From a virus (taxonomy: Duplodnaviria; Caudoviricetes): 64,000 nt of DNA. The position numbers and the translations under genes are program-made. The first letter of the stretch is position 1. Every line of letters begins with the position of its first letter. The stretch lies in the IMG/VR virus record IMGVR_UViG_2529293058_000001, positions 3,835 to 67,834 of that record; one strand, written 5' to 3'. Of this stretch, positions 9,182 to 17,991 are shown piece after piece. A model generated the notes under the pieces. That model was not told where the DNA came from and did not search any database. It saw only the letters and a list, made by a program, of their open reading frames with translations.

Positions 9182-9730
9182 ATGGCAAATTTAACATTAA
9201 ACACGAGAGAAATTGCGAAAGTAAACAATGTGGCTATCATGGCTGGTAATGATCCTAAGAAGTTGGTTCCCATCAAACCAATTTGTGAGGCATTGGGGAT
9301 TGATTATGCAAGACAATTCCAAAAACTGAAAGATGATGAAGATCTCGGTCCAATTATTGGCCTGACGCCAACAGTTGCAGCAGATGGAAAAATAAGAGAA
9401 ATGGTATGCTTACCTATGGAATTCATATTTGGTTGGTTATTTACCATCAATCCAAAAAATGTAAAACCGGAAGCGCAAGAGGCTGTCCGAACGTATCGGA
9501 TGCAATGTTATCATGTCCTATACGAATACTTCGCTTCCTACGCCAGTTTCGTCAACCAAAAACAAAAACGGCAAGCGGAAGACTGGGTACGTATCCAAAT
9601 TCTGAAAAGGGAATTTCATGAAGCGAAGAACAAGCTGGCCAAGGCAACGAAGCAAATGAATATGACAGTAGATTACTCATTTGAACAATGGAAGGCTAAC
9701 GGGAAACAATTATTAATTGAGTTTGAGTGA
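9182..9730 (+). CDS. Phage antirepressor N-terminal-domain protein (P22 Ant-N-like)
   Basis: LVPIKPICEALGIDY..QFQKLK and MVCLPMEFIFGWLFTINP motifs. Confidence 0.8.
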   Translation: MANLTLNTREIAKVNNVAIMAGNDPKKLVPIKPICEALGIDYARQFQKLKDDEDLGPIIGLTPTVAADGKIREMVCLPMEFIFGWLFTINPKNVKPEAQEAVRTYRMQCYHVLYEYFASYASFVNQKQKRQAEDWVRIQILKREFHEAKNKLAKATKQMNMTVDYSFEQWKANGKQLLIEFE

Positions 9731-9839
9731 TATGACAATGTGTTGACATATAAGCAATTGCTGATTGGCATGTTTTTTGATATATATTGATTGTTTAATA
9801 GGAGGTTTATTTATGAAATATTTATTTTATCCAGAATAA

Positions 9840-10028
9840 ATGAAGTATCAGCAAATTGATACTACGCAGGAGGCTGTAATGGTAGCTTTAAGAAAGAAAG
9901 GAGTAAATGTGTTGATGTCATCTACTCTCTCTCCAAACTATGAGTTGGATACAAGTTTGTATAGTCGATTACAAAATATGTTGAATGACATCATAAAAAT
10001 GGAAACGAAAGAACAAGGCTCCGAGTAG
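9840..10028 (+). CDS. Small hypothetical protein
   Basis: 62-aa ORF in operon orientation; its stop lies within a hairpin. Confidence 0.4.
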   Translation: MKYQQIDTTQEAVMVALRKKGVNVLMSSTLSPNYELDTSLYSRLQNMLNDIIKMETKEQGSE

Positions 10029-10040
10029 GAGCCTTTCATT

Positions 10041-10712
10041 TTAGATAGAATCACTTCCTACTTGAAGTATATAACTTTTAGCGTATATTTTGAATTGATC
10101 AATACCTTCTTTAATTTCCATGTCTTCTTGCATTTTTTTGTGTATATTTCTAATCTTTTCAAGTAAATCTAATCTATCTGCCTCGAAAGAACCTCCTTTT
10201 GATTGAGAATCATTCATTGTGATTAATCTTTTCAAATTTTGAACAAACTCATTTGTATGAGCATTTGTTTTGTCATGTAAACTTCTAATATTTTTAATAA
10301 AATCCTCATTATCAATGTATAGTGATATTGTTTGATAAGACGTGATAAAATGTCTATGTGCTTCTTCTTCTTTACTGATAATATCCCAAACAATATTATT
10401 GTCACGCGCGTGATTTATCCAACTTCCTAAAAAGCTATTCCTCCAAATATTGTAATTACTCCAGCATGTTTCAATAGCTTCTTTTTGTTTGTTGAGTAAT
10501 TGGACTTTTAATGTTGTTTGTATTGTTAGTAAAGATTTTACATTTTCAATTTTGTGTGTTATTTCTCCTATATCTTCTTTTGTTGCTACATTTTTCCCTT
10601 TCTCTGATTCATAAGATTTATAGCGAGAAATATGTCGCCAAAAGAAAAATTGCGTAAAAGTAATTGCAACATTGCAAATTGTGATTATTGTATTTGTATC
10701 TATCCACTTCAT
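10041..10712 (-). CDS. Moron: N-terminally membrane-anchored coiled-coil protein
   Basis: N-terminal hydrophobic helix followed by YESEKGKNVATKEDIGEIT; AT-rich; opposite strand to flanking genes. Confidence 0.75.
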   Translation of the reverse strand: MKWIDTNTIITICNVAITFTQFFFWRHISRYKSYESEKGKNVATKEDIGEITHKIENVKSLLTIQTTLKVQLLNKQKEAIETCWSNYNIWRNSFLGSWINHARDNNIVWDIISKEEEAHRHFITSYQTISLYIDNEDFIKNIRSLHDKTNAHTNEFVQNLKRLITMNDSQSKGGSFEADRLDLLEKIRNIHKKMQEDMEIKEGIDQFKIYAKSYILQVGSDSI

Positions 10713-10740
10713 GTTCTATATTCTTATAGTTATCTGTTTT

Positions 10741-11346
10741 TTACAACCCTTCTAAATCTTTTAACTTATCCTGTTTTTGTATTTCATCTTGTTCTTGTTT
10801 TTTCTGTTCCAATAGAGATTTGATGATTTGAAATATCTTTTGATTTTCTATTCCGAAAGAAATATATCGGTTTGCCTTCCCTCGCGAATCATGTTTTACT
10901 TGGTCATTATAATAACATATTATATCAGGATTTCCTGTGTCCCATTTTAGATTAAAAGACTGATCCTCTTTAATAATAGTATTACCTAATCCATTGACAT
11001 ATTCTTTAGGAGTACTTTCATATGTTATTTGAGGTTCTCCGTATTTGATAGTTAATGCCTCTTTTATATTTGTAGGCATAATCGTATACATGGCATAAAG
11101 AGAATCATTGTAAAAACTAAGATGCAACTCTGTCAAAGAGTAACCTTTTACGGGTATATATTCATTAAGAACAAAAGTTTTTGTCAGATTTTCATTGAAA
11201 TCTTTTTCATTTTTTGCATCAGGAAATGATTGTTGAAAGTCACTGATTGTCATCCCCAGCCTAATTACACCTAATCCGTCTATAGTTTGTGATTCTGCGT
11301 AAAATGTACATAATAAGCATATTAGTACTGATAAAATTCTTTTCAT
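10741..11346 (-). CDS. Moron: exported protein with signal peptide
   Basis: MKRILSVLICLLCTFYAESQ signal peptide; TACTTTTG promoter upstream on the minus strand (about 11375-11382). Confidence 0.75.
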   Translation of the reverse strand: MKRILSVLICLLCTFYAESQTIDGLGVIRLGMTISDFQQSFPDAKNEKDFNENLTKTFVLNEYIPVKGYSLTELHLSFYNDSLYAMYTIMPTNIKEALTIKYGEPQITYESTPKEYVNGLGNTIIKEDQSFNLKWDTGNPDIICYYNDQVKHDSRGKANRYISFGIENQKIFQIIKSLLEQKKQEQDEIQKQDKLKDLEGL

Positions 11347-11444
11347 GGTTTGTTTTTTATGTGTTTAATATTGAGCAAAAGTAGATATTTTAATGTTGAT
11401 GGCAAAAAAAATGCAATTCCTTTTGCTGTTTAACAAAAAAGCCC

Positions 11445-11681
11445 CATCTTTGCGCTGTCCTAACATATCAACCAAGGTGGAAGCGTCCGCCGAACATATT
11501 TTATGTCGGCATTTTTTGTGCCCATACATAAACGTATTATAGTATAACGGTTTCGTACCCCCTTGATACGGCTTAATGGTCGTAACTGCCTTGGTTGGTG
11601 TAGGACAAAGGGACAGGCGAAACCGTTTTTTTGTCTATCCTCTTATAACAAACAATGTTAGTTATGTCCAAACAACCAAGC
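11445..11681 (+). ncRNA. C4/CI-like antisense RNA module 1 with upstream and downstream targets
   Basis: Target GTCCTAACATATCAACCAAGG (11457-77); antisense CCTTGGTTGGTGTAGGAC (11589-606) inside stem ACGGTTTCG/CGAAACCGT followed by a T-run; second target GTCCAAACAACCAAG over ATG 11664. Confidence 0.7.
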
Positions 11682-11903
11682 ATTTGTTTGTCGGGGAATA
11701 ATAGTACCCAACAACCAACGGCCCAATCCTCCGAAATGGGTAAGTACTCCACTCCAGAACTGCAAGCCGCATTTGATGCCGGCCGTGCCCTCGGAAGAAC
11801 TGAAGGTATGCTCTCCTACCAACGCCACATCATGAATCAGCTCTTTGCTGAGAACCAAAAACTCAATCGGAAACTTCAGGAACAGAAAGGAGGCCGGTCA
11901 TGA
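11664..11903 (+). CDS. Small protein downstream of C4-like RNA (icd-like position); paralog of 24044-24325
   Basis: ELQAAFDAGRALGRTEGMLSYQRHIMNQLFAENQKLN is nearly identical in the second copy. Confidence 0.75.
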   Translation: MSKQPSICLSGNNSTQQPTAQSSEMGKYSTPELQAAFDAGRALGRTEGMLSYQRHIMNQLFAENQKLNRKLQEQKGGRS

Positions 11904-12400
11904 GAGAACAATATGTAAGAATACTGGTTCCCAATTACAATCCAGATCCTCTTAGTGAGAAGCAATTCTTCCAAATGCAGAGCTTTGCCAAAGACGTGCA
12001 AACCTATTTACCTTATCAAAGTACTACTTTGCTTGATTTCATGTCTATCGCCTACAACTATTGTTTGAAGACACAAAGAAATTCGTTGGATAATATGACC
12101 TGTTATCGTGACGACCTTAAACACAAGGTTATGTTATTTCTGACGAAGTATTATCCAAGCGGATTCAAGAAAAACAAGAAAGGTTTGTCGGATACCTGCA
12201 ACAAAGAACTTTTGAAATATCGCAAACCTCGCTTCAAACGTGATTTCCTTGGTGAGTATGAACCAATAGAACGCATTTGGTTTATCCTCGCGTTACGTGC
12301 CTGCCACAGCTTTTTATTGTCCGGACATCTAATGGGCGACATAGATCAATTTGCCTACAAGCTTGAGAAAATAGCTTTAATGATGAAGGGAGAAATATAA
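11900..12400 (+). CDS. Hypothetical protein
   Basis: 166-aa ORF with ATGA overlap on the upstream gene. Confidence 0.7.
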   Translation: MREQYVRILVPNYNPDPLSEKQFFQMQSFAKDVQTYLPYQSTTLLDFMSIAYNYCLKTQRNSLDNMTCYRDDLKHKVMLFLTKYYPSGFKKNKKGLSDTCNKELLKYRKPRFKRDFLGEYEPIERIWFILALRACHSFLLSGHLMGDIDQFAYKLEKIALMMKGEI

Positions 12401-12420
12401 GGGGAAAATATTTTCCGACT

Positions 12421-12551
12421 TATATATTATTTCAGAACGTTCTAATCCGGAGCTCGTGGCTGTTCTCCAGAGGAAGATATTAATAAAGGGCATTGATTGG
12501 GATTACAAACAGCCACAATAGGTAATTCCGGTCTTTGCTCTTTTACTTTTT
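12421..12551 (+). promoter_or_regulatory. Conserved attenuator-like structured RNA, copy A
   Basis: Near-identical to the reverse complement of 23516-23645, with compensatory changes in the stems; ends in a T-rich tract. Confidence 0.7.
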
Positions 12552-12753
12552 CAGCAAAGAGTTAATGAATAAGGTGCAACAATCAACCGAACAACGCGAT
12601 CGCACGAAACTTTTCTGATCCCTACGAGGCATTTTATTTCTATCTGAATGAGATGTCGATGCAGGATATACGACGATTAAAGAAAGGTTTGTTTGGCTTC
12701 AATGCCAAACAAATTATTGAAAAAGAAATATTTCAAACTAAATAGAAGTAAAT

Positions 12754-12927
12754 ATGAAAAGTTATCAATATGAAGAAATTGTCTTTTGGCTATCATTCAT
12801 AGCCTACCTGATTAGCCACATAGCTAGTTTTGATATTTGGGTACAAAATCTATTGCTTATCAATGCTCTTATAAATATGTGCTGTGCTATTTATTATGCT
12901 TATAAGCATAGAAAAGACGATGACTAA
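12754..12927 (+). CDS. 57-aa hydrophobic (2-TM) peptide
   Basis: MKSYQYEEIVFWLSFIAYLISHIASFDIWVQNLLLINALINMCCAIYYAYKHRKDDD; below the ORF-track cutoff. Confidence 0.55.
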   Translation: MKSYQYEEIVFWLSFIAYLISHIASFDIWVQNLLLINALINMCCAIYYAYKHRKDDD

Positions 12928-12932
12928 AAAAT

Positions 12933-13169
12933 ATGAATATAGATACTGAATTTAACGTAGGAGATAGCGTATGCTATCTGAGTGGGGATGACATTATCCA
13001 TACAACTATAAGCAAAATAATCATCGAAATATCCTATACTGATGATAGTTTTCTTATGGTTTATAAGCTGTCAGATGGACTTAGTGTACCCAGAAATAAT
13101 TATCCCAAATGGGATAAAAGACTTTTTAAAGACAAAGAGAGTTTGATAAAATATTTATCTGATTCATAA
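12933..13169 (+). CDS. Small phage protein
   Basis: MNIDTEFNVGDSV start is typical of small phage SH3-like proteins; in operon. Confidence 0.6.
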   Translation: MNIDTEFNVGDSVCYLSGDDIIHTTISKIIIEISYTDDSFLMVYKLSDGLSVPRNNYPKWDKRLFKDKESLIKYLSDS

Positions 13170-13183
13170 CAAATAAACAGACA

Positions 13184-14020
13184 ATGTTACAGGACAAAAT
13201 AAACTACTCCATTGCACTGCTGCGTAAGTGCGAGAAGATGGCGCTTGATTATGATCCGGAGAATGGCTTTTATTTGGCCTTTTCCGGTGGAAAAGATAGT
13301 CAAGCACTTTATCACATCGCAAAGATGGCTGGTGTAAAGTTTAAGGCTCACATGAATCTTACATCTGTTGACCCTCCGGAAGTCATTCGGTTTGTGAAAC
13401 AGAACTATCCGGATGTAGAGCTGATAAAGCCAACGATGTCGGTTTATGATATGGCTCTAAAGAAGCACTTTATTCCAACAAGGACGTTTCGCTGGTGTTG
13501 CGCTGAATTTAAAGAAATGTCCGGTGCAGGGAAAGTTACCTTGATCGGCATTCGTAAAACTGAAAGTGTGCAGCGTTCCAAACGTGAAGAAATTGAGATT
13601 AGCGGCCGTAAATTCAGCGGGAACTTCGACCAATTTTCTGAGCATAAAGAAAAGATGGTTACTTGTGTTAAAGGTAAGGACAAGATTCTTGTTTCTCCGA
13701 TTATCCATTGGACAGACAGAGATGTGTGGGGCTTTCTGAATGGAAATGGAATAGAACATTGTTCTTTGTACGATGAAGGATATAAGCGAATAGGTTGTAT
13801 TCTTTGCCCGATGGCAAACCGAAAACAAAAGATGAAAGATATAAAGCGGTTTCCTCATGTTCGTAGGAAATGGGTACAAACAATTCAAAAACTCATTGAT
13901 GCCGGATATATCAATCACAATTTTACCGATGCGGAATTTGGCTTCAATTGGTGGATAAGCGACAAGAGTTTCGATCAGTTTTATGCAGACGAAGTTCTAC
14001 AACAGAAAATTCAATTTTAA
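13184..14020 (+). CDS. PAPS-reductase-family protein
   Basis: AFSGGKDS PP-loop, RWCCAEFKE, GIRKTES..R and RIGCILCPM. Confidence 0.9.
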   Translation: MLQDKINYSIALLRKCEKMALDYDPENGFYLAFSGGKDSQALYHIAKMAGVKFKAHMNLTSVDPPEVIRFVKQNYPDVELIKPTMSVYDMALKKHFIPTRTFRWCCAEFKEMSGAGKVTLIGIRKTESVQRSKREEIEISGRKFSGNFDQFSEHKEKMVTCVKGKDKILVSPIIHWTDRDVWGFLNGNGIEHCSLYDEGYKRIGCILCPMANRKQKMKDIKRFPHVRRKWVQTIQKLIDAGYINHNFTDAEFGFNWWISDKSFDQFYADEVLQQKIQF

Positions 14021-14026
14021 AAAGAA

Positions 14027-14248
14027 GTGAAGATGAAAAAGTTGATAGGCAAAACGTATATCTACAAGGTATTACCGCCTTATAAGAATTGGTATAGTAT
14101 TATGACTGATGATGGTCTTAATCGTAACAACATCATAATTGTTGGCAAAAAGCAGTTACTCAAAATTGCTTTAGCATTGATTGTGATGTCTTTATTCAAT
14201 AAAAGGACTACCATAAATAAATACACAACTAAAACTAAAAATAAGTGA
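14027..14248 (+). CDS. Hypothetical protein
   Basis: Operon-oriented 73-aa ORF. Confidence 0.45.
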   Translation: MKMKKLIGKTYIYKVLPPYKNWYSIMTDDGLNRNNIIIVGKKQLLKIALALIVMSLFNKRTTINKYTTKTKNK

Positions 14249-14251
14249 AGT

Positions 14252-14518
14252 ATGAAAAATATAAACGAAGCACTGGAATGTGTAAATAAAATAGATGAAA
14301 AGTACAGTCAATCAGGAACTATCAAGCAGTTCACAATTGATATGATTGAACATTTCATAGAAGAGTTAAATAGCTTCATATTAGGTGAAAGCGATTTAAC
14401 CGGAGAAACTCTACTCGGCAGCTTGAGTTACGACGCCAGCACGGCATTGGAAATATGCGACGACGAACTTTCTGATTTTTATGTGATACAAGAATTGTAT
14501 GATGCCATTAATGATTAA
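14252..14518 (+). CDS. Hypothetical acidic protein
   Basis: Operon-oriented 88-aa ORF. Confidence 0.55.
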   Translation: MKNINEALECVNKIDEKYSQSGTIKQFTIDMIEHFIEELNSFILGESDLTGETLLGSLSYDASTALEICDDELSDFYVIQELYDAIND

Positions 14519-14532
14519 CAACTAAAGAAGAG

Positions 14533-15051
14533 TTATTGTAATGTTTCATGATTTTTGCAACCTAAAAGTATATGAGTTTCATGCTTAATTGCAACGGCAA
14601 GTTTAACAACATTATTATGGTATAATTGTCCAATCGTAAAATGATCTGTGTACAACTCCCCTTTGCGACTGGTGTAATTTGTAAGTATTCTTATAGAGAT
14701 GTTACAAATATTTATATTATCAAAATCAGGTAAGGGATAATAAATGGTTAAACACTTTTGTTCTTTTTCTGTAAGGGTGAAGGATTGTATCCAATGAAGT
14801 CTTACTGTATGGTTGGGATGTTCAAGATGAATCTTTTCATCGGTATCTAATTGGATAGAAGTATTTGTAATTGTATTTGCTTGATTTCCAGTATTAGTAT
14901 ACAGTAGAAGAACTTCAAGTTGATTATTCTCAATCTTTGCATCTGAAATAGTTAACAAAATCTCTTCCTTTTTGTAAAAATACTGCATGTAGCAATTAAA
15001 TACAGTAACTGATACTGCAATGATAGAGAGTAATAAAGACGCAATAACCAT
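14533..15051 (-). CDS. Moron: membrane-anchored beta-rich protein
   Basis: N-terminal TM helix (IASLLLSIIAVSVTVFNCY); AT-rich; antisense to the operon. Confidence 0.65.
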   Translation of the reverse strand: MVIASLLLSIIAVSVTVFNCYMQYFYKKEEILLTISDAKIENNQLEVLLLYTNTGNQANTITNTSIQLDTDEKIHLEHPNHTVRLHWIQSFTLTEKEQKCLTIYYPLPDFDNINICNISIRILTNYTSRKGELYTDHFTIGQLYHNNVVKLAVAIKHETHILLGCKNHETLQ

Positions 15052-15273
15052 AACTGTAAATTTAAAAATGATAATGGCAAATATAGGAAATTATATGGAC
15101 AAACAACAATTCAAATACTGGCTCCGGATAAACGGTTTCCGTCCGAAGCAGTTCGGGACTGGCACGAAGTGGAATCCGATTAGGCTCATATCACGAAAGA
15201 AGTGAGTTAAGAAAGTCCTTGGTAATCCAGAGGGCTTTCTTTCTGTTCTTTATATCTTATATGAAATTAAGAT

Positions 15274-15747
15274 ATGAAAACGCAAAAATGTATAGCCTGT
15301 GGCCGGGAAACAGTTTCTGTGATCAAAACAGAAGAAGGACATATCTGCTATAACTGTTACTCTGATAAAAAGAACCCTCCAAAACAAAAGCAATACCATG
15401 ATAACGAAGAAGCTCGGATTCAGTCGGAGTTTTTCAGCAAGGTTCCTTTATTCTTTCCTAATTTGCCGGATCGACTTCTTTTTGCAGTCCCGAACGGTGG
15501 TAGCCGACATAAAATAGAAGCGGCTAATATGAAGCGCCAAGGTGTTAAACGTGGAGTGGCCGATGTAATCCTTCAGATACCGAAAAAGGGATATGCTTCT
15601 CTTTGTCTAGAGTTCAAGACATCTACAGGTAAACAGTCTGCAGAGCAAAAGGAATACCAACGCCAGGTTGAGATGGCGGGTAGTAAGTATGTGATTGTTC
15701 GGAGCGTGGAACAGGCTATCCGGGTTATGCAGCAGTATCTGTTATAA
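15274..15747 (+). CDS. VRR-NUC domain nuclease
   Basis: LFAVPNGGSR, GVKRGVADVIL and LEFKT..GKQS..QK motifs. Confidence 0.9.
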   Translation: MKTQKCIACGRETVSVIKTEEGHICYNCYSDKKNPPKQKQYHDNEEARIQSEFFSKVPLFFPNLPDRLLFAVPNGGSRHKIEAANMKRQGVKRGVADVILQIPKKGYASLCLEFKTSTGKQSAEQKEYQRQVEMAGSKYVIVRSVEQAIRVMQQYLL

Positions 15748-15839
15748 TTATTACATATATATTGATTTTTAGGTTCTGATTATTTGTGGAAAATTTAATA
15801 AATCGTATATTTACCCGATAACATTTAAATCTAAGCAAT

Positions 15840-16697
15840 ATGGCAAAACGAAGTAATCCTATAAAAGCATTAAAAGTAAAGATTATCAATATAGTACTGT
15901 ACCCCGAAGAAGCTCAAAAGACTGAGAATTATATTGAATATTTTAAGAAGATATTTGAAGATAAGATAACAGTTAACACTTATGGTGATAGATATACAAG
16001 AGTTCAAACTTATTATACAACAGATGATGGTAATGTTATTTATGGAGCATTTGCAAATGCAGCTTTTTTTGATCCAGAGGCCCCCGCTTTAGATAGTGAT
16101 ACAAACGAAGTGGTCCCTTCTGGTGCTGATCCTAAAAAAGGACTTGGATTAAAGACTTGGGAATATTATTTTTTCTCAGAGTACCATCGACTTGTTTTCT
16201 TAGATAAAGAAACCTCCGGTTCTCAAATACTTGATTTCTTGAATAGTGCTTTAAATCGTTTTCTGGATAAGGATGACTATCAAGTTAATACAGAAAAAGA
16301 TAGAGAACTGATAGATCGAATTATTAAATCAACATCGTTGTCTAAGTTAAAGGTGGTAGTGTCCTATTCTAATAATGACAATAATAAAGGATGGAAAAAA
16401 CTAATAGACGATCAGTTAAAGAGAAGTAGACCTAAAAAGGCTGTGCTTGATTTGAGTGGTTCAAAGAAAATTCCTATTGATGTAACTAGAAGTGAGATGA
16501 TAACAGGTTTTGTAGAATTAAGCGCATCGAATGGATATGTAGAAGCAAGCGAAATAGATGAAAAAGGAGCTATTCATCCTATTCGGACAATAGATCATCC
16601 AATGGTAAAGGTGGTTGAGTTTATTGACAGTCCTATTTCTGCATTGAAAAAAATGATACGTTCTATTGCTGGATTTGGAGAAAAAACATCTGAATAG
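15840..16697 (+). CDS. DUF4747-family protein (moron)
   Basis: YFFSEYHRLVF, VSYSNND, ASNGYV and RTIDHP motifs recalled for DUF4747; promoter-like TATATTTA upstream. Confidence 0.7.
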   Translation: MAKRSNPIKALKVKIINIVLYPEEAQKTENYIEYFKKIFEDKITVNTYGDRYTRVQTYYTTDDGNVIYGAFANAAFFDPEAPALDSDTNEVVPSGADPKKGLGLKTWEYYFFSEYHRLVFLDKETSGSQILDFLNSALNRFLDKDDYQVNTEKDRELIDRIIKSTSLSKLKVVVSYSNNDNNKGWKKLIDDQLKRSRPKKAVLDLSGSKKIPIDVTRSEMITGFVELSASNGYVEASEIDEKGAIHPIRTIDHPMVKVVEFIDSPISALKKMIRSIAGFGEKTSE

Positions 16698-16724
16698 ATG
16701 TTATATATTAAAAGAAACTGATTT

Positions 16725-17315
16725 ATGAAGACTATTTATTATCCGGGATGGGGAGTTGTCTGGAAGATATATTCCAGAGAGAACTTAAAAAAATCTATTT
16801 GGTTACCGCTGGTTTTAACAGTAGTTTCTTTTGCTATCTGTTTCTTTTCGGGAAAAGCTTCTTTAGATTTAATAGAGTATGTTGCTTCGACAATTCTATC
16901 TGTGGGTCCAAATATGCTTGGGTTTACTTTGTCAGGCTATGCTTTAATGATGGGATTGAGCAACTCTGAGTTTGTTCGAGGATTGATTAATTTCAAGGAA
17001 GAAGGTAAAGATTATTCTTTATTTCAGTCTTTGAATACGATTTTTGCAGTTGTTTTGGGGATGATGTTTTTGACAACTATTGTAGGCGCATTTGCCTGTA
17101 TTGTTGTAAAAGCAGAAATATCGCTACCTGAAGCTTGGAGCAGTTTTATAAATGCATACAATTGGGTATGTTTATTTGTTCTGATGTTTTTGATGTATTA
17201 TACGATTAATGCAATAAAAGATGTTGTAATCAATATCTTTAATTTTGGTCAGTATGTGCAGGTATATGCAGAAAAAACAGAAGATGATGAGATAAATGAA
17301 AAAGGCTTCGAGTAG
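16725..17315 (+). CDS. Four-TM membrane protein paired with DUF4747
   Basis: Four hydrophobic helices; ILSVGPNMLGFTLSGYALMM motif. Confidence 0.8.
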   Translation: MKTIYYPGWGVVWKIYSRENLKKSIWLPLVLTVVSFAICFFSGKASLDLIEYVASTILSVGPNMLGFTLSGYALMMGLSNSEFVRGLINFKEEGKDYSLFQSLNTIFAVVLGMMFLTTIVGAFACIVVKAEISLPEAWSSFINAYNWVCLFVLMFLMYYTINAIKDVVINIFNFGQYVQVYAEKTEDDEINEKGFE

Positions 17316-17466
17316 GATCCTTTGATGTATAAGTGATTTAAACTCTTTTTGTTTTTTAATCTTTATCTATCAGAATCGCCAAAAGAAATGGCAGAATTAA
17401 TGTAGAAGTAGAGGGAGGGGAGAATGACAGAATCATTCTCTCTTTTCCTATAATATATAAAAAGAT

Positions 17467-17991
17467 ATGGCTAGAGGTCGAAAAAGTTTATTTCGGGAGG
17501 AGTATATTCAACTAGCGGAGAATTATGCTTTGTTAGGAGCTACCGATGACGAATTGGCTGATTTTTTTGGTGTATCAAAGCAAACTCTTAACAAATGGAA
17601 GAAAGATTATCCAGAATTCCTTGACTCCTTAAAAAGAGGAAAGGATATTGCAGACTCTAATGTTGCTTCGAAATTGTACAACCGCGCAATCGGTTACGAC
17701 TTCGAGGAAACACATACTGTCTGCAAGAATGGCTTGGTTGTAGGAGAGAAGCATATCAAGAAGCATCAGCCGGCAGATACAACAGCAGCGATATTTTGGT
17801 TGAAGAACCGGCAACCGGAGAAGTGGCGCGACCGGAAAGAGTTGCAGATTGGTAATAAGCTGGGCGATGACCTGGAGAGTATGACAGATGAAGAGTTAAG
17901 GGCTATTATCCATGGCGAAAAAGAACAATCGGGAAATATTAATACAACAGGCGAAAGCGGCAATATTACTGAGGAGACGGGAGGCGAATAA
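17467..17991 (+). CDS. terS: Terminase small subunit
   Basis: GATDDELADFFGVS..TLNKWK HTH and ADTTAAIFWLKNRQPEKWRD. Confidence 0.9.
   Translation: MARGRKSLFREEYIQLAENYALLGATDDELADFFGVSKQTLNKWKKDYPEFLDSLKRGKDIADSNVASKLYNRAIGYDFEETHTVCKNGLVVGEKHIKKHQPADTTAAIFWLKNRQPEKWRDRKELQIGNKLGDDLESMTDEELRAIIHGEKEQSGNINTTGESGNITEETGGE

Noticed and set aside
12565-12745. Short ORF ending CTT TTC TGA with an open +1 frame (possible programmed +1 shift)
   Set aside because: Cannot be distinguished from a simple 1-nt insertion pseudogene; no stimulatory element seen.
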